NCBI RefSeq assembly: GCF_006345805.1
Contig: NC_042998.1
Location: 64,976,001-65,040,000 of the forward strand
Direction: 5' to 3'
Length of the DNA: 64,000 nt
Source of the DNA: Octopus sinensis
Lineage: Eukaryota
The position numbers and the translations under genes were made by a program. Numbering within the stretch: the first letter of the stretch is position 1; each line of letters starts with the position of its first letter. The notes under the pieces were generated by a model. It saw nothing but the letters and a program-made list of their open reading frames with translations. It searched no databases and was not told the origin of the DNA. Positions 53,374-64,000 of this stretch are shown piece by piece.

Positions 53374-54651
53374 TAGAGGGTGTGCAAGGTATTTGAAGAC
53401 TTACCTTTTTTGGGGTCATTCCTGCATTTTTGCTAACTCTGTATAATATTTGTTTCAGATAATAATAATGAGATTATCTGCAGTGAGGTATTTATGGCAG
53501 ACCATAAGCTTACTCAAGAAATGAATAGGCACGCTGTTATTGTGGTTATAAAGGCTGAGCATTGCGATTTCGAAATATCTCAATCTTTAAGAGTTACCCG
53601 ATCTTTCGCCTACGAAGATTATAAGGAGCTAGAGACTGAGGATAGAAACGTATCACCAGTATCAAAGCATGAAATGCATTCTAAACGCTCTGATATCATC
53701 AGAACACCTGAATTTATCCATTAGGGTCAACTGACCATTGATTATAATCACAGAAATTTCATGAGGTCAATTGCAAAAGATCTCCATGTGTTAGAAAGAA
53801 TAATCAGAAATATTGTCTACGAAGACATCAGATAAAAGTCTTATAGGATGTGAAAATGTCAATGCGTCGGACAAAGCAAAAGAAAATCAATACATCAGAT
53901 CTAAGCAAACTTAAAAATCCAGCAGAAGATTTGATTTGATTTTTCACAAACAAGAAAATCTTCGACCAGGATCAAAAATATAATAGAAGAAATAACAAAT
54001 GAATATATGCAGACACTTCTGAGGTTCCAAGTATTATTCATATAAATTGCCACGCTACTTTTATGGTTTTAAGCGTTGTCAGCAAGGAAAGACATGTGAT
54101 GCATCCTTACGTCTTTCCACATGACCTTAGAGTTTAGTCTGCAGCCTACGTTGAAGTCTTCGAAATAATTTTTAAGCCCTGGATAGACCGTGTATGTAAT
54201 GGAAGGCCAAATATGTTTTAGGAAGTCTCTGCACTTTCATGCGTGACTGTAGCAACACAAGAATGGATGGCTGAAAATTTACATGATCACGTAACCCCTA
54301 AAGTTTGGACTCCTAAATCAATAGATCTCAATCCATTGGACTTTTATATGTGTATCGCTTTTGAGAGATGGGTCGATGAATAAGCCCATAACACCAAAGA
54401 TTCTTTGAAAGCTACCATAGACAGTGTAACATCCAAAATGAACCAGGACTACACGATTCGAGCATGTAGATGATTTAGATCTCATATATAAGCAGTTGTT
54501 GAAGTGGCTTTATTGAATAACATTATATAAAAAAGAAGACTTATTTTATTCTCCTAGCATTTTTTATATATACATTTTATTATCTGTTATTATGAATCTG
54601 TTTCATTTTTATAAACACAAATCCGTCCCCAAATGTCTTACGCACACTCTA
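53374..54651 (+). pseudogene. Full-length maT-like (Tc1/mariner superfamily) element with a disrupted transposase
   Basis: TA-flanked ends GAGGGTGTGCAAGG / CTTACGCACACTC; MADHKLTQEMNRHAV at 53494, FFTNKKIFDQDQK, TPKVWTPKSIDLNPLDFY, stop at about 54519. Confidence 0.85.
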
Positions 54652-56711
54652 CATACACACACGCACACACGCGCACACACACACATATAAACACACACAC
54701 ATATATATATATATATATGATATTTCGATCTATATACATATGTGTGTGTGCGTGTGTGTGCATATGTTATGTATGTATGTATTTGTAGGAACCCACACAT
54801 ATACATATACGCATATATATGTATATGAACGTACAAATATTTAGGTATATATAGATACATAAAAGCAAACCTAAACATACACTCACATAAAAACAAGCAA
54901 ACACACACACACATATATATTATATATATTTAAATATACCTGATGACGATATGATTGTTATTTCTAACGAATATAAACTGTTACATCCTGCTACGGATGT
55001 GATGAACTTTTTTTCTGTTTTTGTTATTTTGCATCTATTAGGGCTTGCAAATGTACTAACCGGGATCGAGCCACTATTATAACAAAAAATGAAATATCGC
55101 TCCCAATTATAAAATGGAAAAAAGAACATAACAGAAACAGCATACATTGATACCTTTGTAACTTAAAAATAAAACCTTAATGAATATCGACATCAACAAT
55201 ATTTTGTGATGAATTGCCATAGACTTGTTAGCAGGAAGTTTATTCATGGTGAAAAAGAAATCACTAATAGAAAATATAACATACTTTAGTTTTTGATTTA
55301 TTTCAGCTAACACTAATCTCTTATTATATATTTTAGTATTTAATTCATCCTCATAGCCATTAATAACTTTAGCTTAAAATCTGACGCTTAATACTTTGTT
55401 ATTCTATATTTTGTTACATATTTAATATGGCTGTCATGATGGATAAAATAGGAAATATTTCTTGAGGCGAAATTTTACCTTCTGATTAATACCAAAGCAG
55501 GCATAACAACGAATGTCAAACTCTAAATAATCCTACTCAATAAATAACAATAAAATATCTTCTATTTCTATATAAAACTGGTACAGTTATTCATTAAATA
55601 TTTCACCATTAGTTTTACTAAGATGTCGTAGCACAGTTAAGGTATCGCAGGTATATTTAACTTGAATCATGAGACAAAAGTGGTTATCTATGAGTTGTTT
55701 TCTACCATATAGAAATAACTACCTTAACATTATCAAATATAGTTTTGGAAATGAAGCATGTTGTTTATTGTAGTTCGCAGTAAAATTTGCAGGGAACAAA
55801 AATGCCCGAGGGAATCAAATGTTGACTAATCTCATAGATTAGCTTGATAAGGATTAACTTTTCAGTAAACCACAACATCCACAGGAAACGATATGCTGTT
55901 CTTTGGTTTATTCTCACAAAAAAATATTCTTTTTATTTACTTCCTGTAGCTGAATAGCTTTAATATTATTTTAAAAGTTGTAGTGATATACATCAGCAAA
56001 CAGTATAGAACATAATAAAATGAAGATGCTATTCTTTCCATTAATAATCAATTCATTAGAATAGCTTCAATGGTATGATATATGGTATGCGGAGAACACC
56101 TGTTCGTAAACGGAATAATATAGCCATGCATCGCCAGAGAATGACTGAGCATCCACATATGATTTTACAGCTCAATCAATTGAGTCGACTCTCTTTAAAC
56201 AATTGGGAATTAGTTTAACATTCGTATATGAAACGGCGCCCTAACATCGGCAACAATATCAAGCATTTCAGAGAACCTGCTGCCTAATTCGTGTCATCGC
56301 GGCCTTAATATTCACAACCACGATACAGGAGTACAACAATGTGTTTCTTTGCAGCCAACATATTTTACAGACAGATGTTACGAAACTTACTGATTCAAAT
56401 CTTTTACAGACCAACACTCATATCAAATTTACATTTTCTGATTCCTTAGCAGAAACGAAACATTACTGAGTGTTCAACTATTTGACAGCTTTACATTATT
56501 TCTCAATTTGCTGCTCTCACTCAAATGATAAGCTTATTGATTATTACTCATAGTATATGCATGCACAAATTATAAATATGCTCGTATGTAAACACACGCA
56601 GACAAGGCACTCACATAATTACATAGTAAAATTTATATGTTTCTGCGTAACATATATATGTTGAATATGCTACTGTATTATAAAAGTTGCTAGTTCTTTT
56701 GTCTACACAGT

Positions 56712-57100
56712 TTATAAGGAGCGAGAGACTGAGGATGGAAAAGTGTCACCAGTATTGAAGCATAAAATGCATGCTAAACGCTCTGAAATTATTAGGACAC
56801 CTGCATTTTTCCAGCAAGGTTAACAGACCATTGATTATAATCACAGAAATTCCATGAGGTCAATTGCAAAAGATCTCCATGTGTTGGAAGAACAGTCAGA
56901 AATGTTGCCTATGATGGCATCAGATATAAGTCTTAAACGTTGAGGGAAGGTCAATTTGTCGGAATAAGCAAACGTAAACTACTACATCAGATTTAAAAGC
57001 CTCTTAAACAAACTGAAAAATCCAGCAGAAGATTTGATATTTCACAAATGAAAAAATCTTCGACCAAGATAAAAAAAAGTTAATAGAAGAAATGACAGAT
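56712..57100 (+). mobile_element. Internal fragment of the same maT-like family
   Basis: Aligns with 53620-54000 (GACCATTGATTATAATCACAGAAATT...GAGGTCAATTGCAAAAGATCTCCATGTGTT). Confidence 0.9.
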
Positions 57101-58670
57101 GCTCCTGTATTTTCTTTTTCCTTAATCCAGGAAGTTTTCAGCAGCTGCTCGTAGTGCCTTACTTTTGAAGTACACGTCTCAAAGTTTAAATGATATTTTG
57201 CAAACGCACTTTTTTTCCCCGTTCAACATATGTTTGGGAGATGCTATCATTACCCTACAACTAGATTCACCACGTAAAGTATTACGTTTAGACGGTTTCG
57301 ATTCGAATTAGTCTTTTGTCTTTACTAAAAAAAGCAAACAATATGTAGACTCCGTTTTATGAAGCGTAAATATCATCTAACACTGAACATTTTCACGCAA
57401 AATAGCCGTCTACGCATGTTGTTAGCTCTATTTGCGGACACATGTGCACGTTAAATACAGAAGTAATTAAGGAATATAGTTTTCATTATATGCTATATCT
57501 CAATACCTCCGATTAACAATGATTTATATTTTATTATATATGCTAAACCAGTTTTCGAGCAGTTATCAACATTTGTCACATCATCTAACTTAAAATACGA
57601 GATAACACAACAAACGCCATTTCTATTAATATATGGTAGATTAATCCTGTAGCTAGACAAGTTTGTTTCATGATTTGGGGTTAAACATGCCTGCGATTCC
57701 TAAGCTATGCTAGGTAACGTAATGTAAAAAAATTGCTGAAATATTTATAACATCAGACTAATGAGGAAGTACCGTGTTGGCCTTTTTGCGTCACATAGGT
57801 ATATATACATGTTTGTGCGTGGCTGTGTGTGTATGTGTGTATGTGTATATATGTGTGCTCTGTTATGAACACCATAGAAACCATCATCAAATAAATCCTC
57901 CACATGCACTGTCAATTTCTGTTAAGTAATTTATGCAGAATCAATGGAAATGTCCTCGCAACATATCTGAGTTAATGCTGATAGAATCTCTGAATTTCCC
58001 AAAAACAATGCAAACACATCATTGCAACGGCCGAACGCTGTCTCAAAGCAACATAATTGTTAGTTCTTCCAATTCCATTTATTTGTGATTAGTATTCATT
58101 TATTGCAAATAAATTTGCTTCTCAGTTGACTGGCTACTCGACTCAACTTCCAAATCAACAACAATTGGCTGATGATCATCATCACAGCAAAAACTAATGA
58201 CGTATATCTTACAGTCCTCTCTGGATACAACAGAATTCATAGGCCCAGACCGGAATCTCAGAAATCTAAATTCAAGAATAGTTCTTTTTTCCTCTAACAC
58301 GTCTTTGTCAATAAAAATAACAAATATTTCAAGGGATTTCATATTAATGAGGTCTCTAAAGTTTCACGAGAAAGCTTCAGAATTTTTATTGTAGATTTTC
58401 TTAAAACCAAATCGAGATTTTTACAATGTGGTCTAAATATTGTCAACGGTTCACTTCTACTAGATAGTTTTTCTACATTACATGTATGGTAACATTCAGT
58501 AAAGAACTCCGAAATCCTATCATTAAAATAAAATTTGAACAATATTTTAAAGCTATAAAAATTACTAGCTGCAATACACCTAGGTTAAATATCATACCAA
58601 CAAGTATAGCGAAAGCCTACTTCATAACAATGCTCATTTCAAAATTATACAAGGCATTTCGCTTAATTAT

Positions 58671-58716
58671 ATCGGACGTTTCGCGCAGTCTTCGAGCAAA
58701 TTAAATCTTCAGTGAT
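58671..58716 (-). ncRNA. Hammerhead core candidate without a convincing stem II
   Basis: AUCA-CUGAAGA-(23 nt)-GAAA-CG-UC-CGAU; stem I has 3 of 4 pairs. Confidence 0.3.
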
Positions 58717-59813
58717 TACCGTATGCAAATATACCCAGCTTAGTCATTAATTAAATCTTTTACTAAGACAAGATAAAATGTATGCCAAGACAATTTTAGA
58801 AGTCTCTTAAATCCGAGATAGGAGAAGTATAGCTCATATGTGATTTCTCTCTAATTATGTAGTCCAATTATCAATATATTATTTAGTATTCTTTCTAAAA
58901 ACAGGTCAACCAAATATTTCACAAATTCTGTAAACACATCTCATCAAGTGCCCTTATTCTATGAATTATATCATAGACTAGAATCTTGCATCTCAATTAT
59001 ATCACATAATAGAAAGCCGCATCTCATAATTAACCCGAAGTCATCTGCCATTTTCATAACTACAAATAGTACTTCTTACATTCTCATAAATTTTGTCTCC
59101 ATTTATTTCTAACTGCGAATCAAACCCAGAAACCTGAAGATGATACAACTTCGCATTATTATAAGGATTTCACTGCAACGCACTGTAGGACGTGATTGAA
59201 ACTATTACAACAAGCCAGAGTACGTACCCAAGGCACACAGACCTGCAGTCGGCAGCGTAGTGAAATAGCGTGATAAGAATAAAACTACTTAATGCTCCTA
59301 TGATGAATTGAACCAATCATCTACATACAGACACTTATCGCCTATACAGAAACATAAACCTCATTATCCTCGTATGTATGACAGCTACAAATTGACAATT
59401 CTCATCTTAACAATTTCATGGAAAAATCTTTACGTTGTAAAGTCATCTGAATTTAAAGAGAAACATTATCATAGATTTGTACTTTAAAAAACAAATAATT
59501 TGCTTCTGTCGATCCCAGTTACAAAATAATATTTCATCGTCCCTCAATAATGTGAACGCTTATGTGTATTCAAACACATTAACATTTGCATTCACCCTAG
59601 TAATATTCTGCGGATGTACATGTATTACTCTCCTTACATAATATGTATATCTTATAACACTGCTCCTTCTCTCTTATATAAAAATATTGTAGAATATCCA
59701 TTAAAGAAGCACCTAATATCAAATTACAAAATCCTACAATGAAAAGAATGGATTCAACCTATAAAAAGTATATATATATATATACATATATACATACACA
59801 TATATGTGTGAAA

Positions 59814-59965
59814 AGGTGCATGGCTCAGTGGTTAGAGCGTGGATAACATTGGTGGCGTGGTTAGGGGAGGCCGGCATATTTGGGCGACTTCCATAAACAA
59901 CCATGCCCGGGAGGGTAACTTTCTAGGTGCAATTCCACGGTCAGTCATGACTGGAGGGGGTCTCG
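59814..59965 (+). mobile_element. Internally deleted tRNA-derived SINE
   Basis: A-box-like GGTGCATGGCTCAGTGGTTAGAGCG; B-box not visible; followed by (AT)n. Confidence 0.55.
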
Positions 59966-59967
<2 letters not shown>

Positions 59968-60064
<97 letters not shown>

Positions 60065-60250
60065 GGTGATGTGTGTATATGTATGTGCGTGGGTGTATGC
60101 ATATGTAAACGAAAGATAAACACTATGTATATCTATATACTTACAGACATACATATATACATATATGTATGTATAAATGTGTGTGCATGTCGGCACGTAC
60201 GTCTATATGCTTGTTGGTTTGTATTTGTATATGTGTATGCTTGTGACCGG
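59968..60250. repeat. (AT)n plus degenerate (GT)/(ATGT)
   Basis: Seen directly. Confidence 0.9.
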
Positions 60251-61054
60251 CTGCGTGTACCTATGTATATCCATGCATGTATAAGACTTTAATTACTTAT
60301 GTGCTTGCATTTGTGCATGTAATTTTCAAAATCTATCTTTATATATTCATCTCGATGCATTTACATTCAGGTCTTCTAATTCAGATTCGTTCAAAAAATA
60401 TTGTTTACCGACATTTCCTTTTCCTTTTTCCGGAGAATATATTTCAGAAACTTTGTGTCTATAAGAACACAAACAAATAATTGTTTTCCTTATCGGAGTT
60501 CTTGAATCAACAATAGCTATTTTTATTTGAAAATTAGTTGAATATTTCATATTAAATATTATTAAGTTCCCTTATACTTAAATACACATTGCACTTGAGA
60601 AACTTTTATTTCTGAAAATTTAGACTTTGCAATAAATGTTCCATTAAATTTCCTTTCATCAATTTATACAAATATTCGATATGGAATAAACAAAGATGAA
60701 ATTACTAGTTATTATTTATATGTGCTATTAACGTACGCTTGACTTGTGGTCAACGAAATATTCTTAGTACGCGAGAGTTTGCTATAGTACCAGAAATTAA
60801 ATATTAGAACAGGCTTGGTTTCACACACACGGAGGCACACGTGTACACATGTCTGATTATATCTACAAGTTTACACACACATACACGCATACACACACAT
60901 ACACACGCATACACACATACACATACACACAAACATATGTATATATATTTATATGCCTATGTTATGCAGGAAAATAACTGTGTGAACAGGTTAGAGTACC
61001 GGGTAATTTATTCTTACACAAGGAAACTAGTGTCCAGTAAAGATGCTGCTTATG

Positions 61055-61111
<57 letters not shown>

Positions 61112-61569
61112 AAAGGGCAAATACGAATATAGAAACTATAATCAATGGACAAACATCAGCCTGTAAACATTTATTTGTATCTATTTATCAATTGTATACA
61201 TCGATATAAAAAAAAAAACCTAATGATATTGCTATGTACGTCACAGAACATTTTTCCGTAATAGGAATAATGTATGCTCAAATCATACTTAGCTCATAGA
61301 CGCAAGCGACTCTGGCACACCTTGTTTTGACACGTGTCTGATCACCCTCAAGTACTAAAATCTCTTAAACTGAAATATGCTTCTGCCTGTGTTTATATTT
61401 TGAAGACTAAAAACCGTAGGCTAATCGGTGCTTAAAAGCTAACTGCCATCACATATGTGACATGTTCTCCTATGACATAAATAAGAATGGCTAGAATATT
61501 TTGCCTATGAATGTATCAGGATGTCTTAAGAGTAATCATGCAAAGTATAGTTCCACATCTCGATGTCTG

Positions 61570-61927
61570 CAGTGCATAATTGTTCACGTGCAGGGCTATA
61601 TGGGGCGTGCGACGTCATTCGTCGAACAAGCTACAATAATTATTCACAAGTTATCAAAGACGTGTGTGGTCTTGCGTTGTCATGGTGGCACAGGATTTCT
61701 TCACTGTTTGCCAATTCTGGCAGCTTTTCTTTGATTGCTTGCCCTACTAGACGTCCTTTTGCACGTTGTTCATTCCATCGCTGGCCGGTGCTTACATTGA
61801 AATATGACAATTTACTTTCATTTTCCCATGTAATAAATGACATGTAACATTTCTTTCAATAAATTTGCAAAAGGAATATAGACGTTATTTCCAATTTTTA
61901 ATGCCTACTTATTTTCACCTACCCTGT
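61570..61927 (-). mobile_element. Mariner fragment
   Basis: AIKEKLPELANSEEILCHHDNARPHTS...HAPYSP; TIR-like TTATTTTCACCTACCCTG|TA at 61927. Confidence 0.82.
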
Positions 61928-62315
61928 ACTACGTGTACTTATGAGACAAAGAACAGCAACTAACACGGTGGGCAATAGAAATGGAATAACGTATATTTCC
62001 ATTCATGAGTAACACAATACGTTGTCTTTCATTATTTTATGGACAATCAATATCATCGAGTACAAATTCATATATTCTCCTTCAAAATCGCAATAGGCCA
62101 ACAATAGCACAATTGGTTATTTATGTACAATGAGTTAATCAGTGGGTCGTAGATTTTTCATGTCGCTTTGAGAAGTCAATATCTAATACATAGCATGTCA
62201 TATTTTTTATTCAACTTCAAACGATTCATTCATGAGGAGCTACATCAAAATTATACAGTCAATCTACACTTACGTGCACATACAGGAATACGCTAATCTT
62301 TATCTTTCTATCAAT

Positions 62316-62316
62316 G

Positions 62317-62402
<86 letters not shown>
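62316..62402. repeat. (TATC)n abutting the LINE 5' junction
   Basis: Seen directly. Confidence 0.97.
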
Positions 62403-62403
<1 letters not shown>

Positions 62404-64000
62404 GTAGACTACGTGGGTAGAGACAGAAACAGAAGGGGATGCAAATGCTCAGACGATTCCAACTGTCTGACAGGTACCGACTCGACCACCCAAATGCACC
62501 AACGTGGACATGGAGCAACCGCAGTGGGTCGTCGAGATCGTATCTAGATAGGATACTGTGTAGGACAGTAGACAAGGATAACTTAGGATGTCCACAATTC
62601 CACACAGTCAGCTACACGGATCACAAATTGGTGACGTGTACGCTAGACTTAGATAAGGCACATAGACAGGGTCCTGGGTACTGGAAACTGAACGCATCAT
62701 TCCCGTCCAGACAAGTTTTCAGAGACCGGATTAGCACACTAGTAAAGAGGGCTTTGACGGGAGCCATCATCAACAACACATGGTGGTTTGCCCTCAAGAG
62801 AGCAGTAAAAGCAGAAGCGATTAGGTACAGCAAAGCACTAGCCATAGATAGAAATAGAGTAGAGGGTGAGCTAGTTAAGAAGCTAGAAGAGGCAATTAGA
62901 AGCGGCATCGCATCCGACGTTTTGGCGGCGAGGTTGGCCCTCGACCAACACTTCAACGCCAAACACGAAGGATGTGCTGTCAGAGCTAGGATGCGTGCTC
63001 TAAGGAACGAAGGTGTTGGAGCCGCGAGAGAGGCCCGGGTGGCAGAGGCGCAACAGGGCAACAAAGCCACCATTCGGTCACTGGTAGATGAACAGGGGCG
63101 CGAATTGCTCGAGCCAAGTAAAATGTGTGAGGCCTTTCAGCAGCATTTTGCCTGACTGTTCGGGACGAGTGGAGGGCAAGAACGTAGGGTAGAATTCAGT
63201 GCCTACCTACATAGCCTGCCACGACTCTCGACAAGAAAGGCAGGGTGCTGCGAAGGTGCCATCACGGCGGCGGAAGTGCGGGAAGCGATGGCAGAATGCT
63301 CGAGGGACAAATCACCGGGTTTGGATGGTCTACACTACGAATTTTACTATTGTATGCCAGACTTGTTTGGAGACGTCTTGGCAGCAAAACGGGAGCATAC
63401 CCGGTTTTGTGAGTCGAGGAGCTGTAACTCTGCTGAAGAAAGATCCAAACAAGAGAAACATTATAGATAACTTTAGGCCAATCACTCTGCTCAATGCAGA
63501 CCTGAAAATTTTGACAAAAGTTGGCGCTTGTCCATCATCTACTACCGCCTGATCGTCGTACCTTGTCCCGACCCTACCATCACCAAACTAGAACGCATCC
63601 TCTTCCGCTTCTTGTGGAAAGGATGCGTCCCGATGGTCAGGCGATCCATTTGCTGTCAACACCCGTTAAAAGGAGGGCTGGGCATGCCGTGGTTGATGAT
63701 GCGCAGACACGCGCTGAGACTGCGACATCTCCGGCTCTATGTAGACGACGGTGAACAGGTGTGGTCGCCGTTTGTGAGGCACGCATTCCCGCAACTCGTC
63801 TCCATGACCGAACTACAGTCGTGGATCAAAAAGAGGCCGAAGAAGGGCGAATGGCACCGCGAGTGTCGCGTTGCTCTCAAGCAACTCTGCCGTCCCGGGT
63901 CGACCTTGAGTGACTTCAACACAACCAAAGCATTCTATAGGGGATTAGTGGAGGGGAGGTACGACGACGAGCTCGGGGCAAACCTGGGCGTCGACGAGGA
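62403..64000 (+). mobile_element. Tx1/L1-clade LINE ORF2 relic (APE endonuclease end, partial RT), continuing past the window
   Basis: SYLDRILC...YTDHKLV...GPGYWKLNAS (APE); KSPGLDGLHYEFY; NFRPITLLNADLKIL; then ILFRFLWKG...HPLKGGLGMP. Stop at 63153-63155, frameshifts, RT core deleted near 63525. Confidence 0.9.

Noticed and set aside
54935-54975. CUGAUGA-C-GAUAU-loop-AUUUC-UAACG hammerhead-like
   Set aside because: GAAA and the cleavage triplet are absent; too many edits needed.

Overview
AT-rich, repeat-saturated eukaryotic DNA. The SINE families and microsatellite style suggest an octopus or other coleoid cephalopod (my recognition, not a database result). I could not support any host protein-coding gene; nearly all track ORFs are microsatellite artefacts or transposon relics. 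The window holds: three R4/Dong-type non-LTR retroelement relics, CR1-type RT fragments, a Tx1/L1-like LINE running off the 3' end, about nine Tc1/mariner-superfamily relics (mariner DD34D and maT-like), Helitron pieces, a hAT MITE, about a dozen tRNA-derived SINE copies and many compound microsatellites. The most notable observations are: (i) minimal type-I hammerhead-ribozyme motifs of the Penelope-like-element kind (best at 38986-39029 minus; a related decayed pair at 9769 and 10463; a core-only candidate at 58671); (ii) an 813-bp near-perfect fold-back element with outward-facing telomeric repeats, inserted with an 8-bp TSD into the GGRGL motif of an R4 RT; (iii) a palindromic mariner derivative built from two 3' ends; (iv) an R4 copy whose core is replaced by a 183-bp direct-repeat cassette. 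None is proven novel; each needs a database or experimental check.
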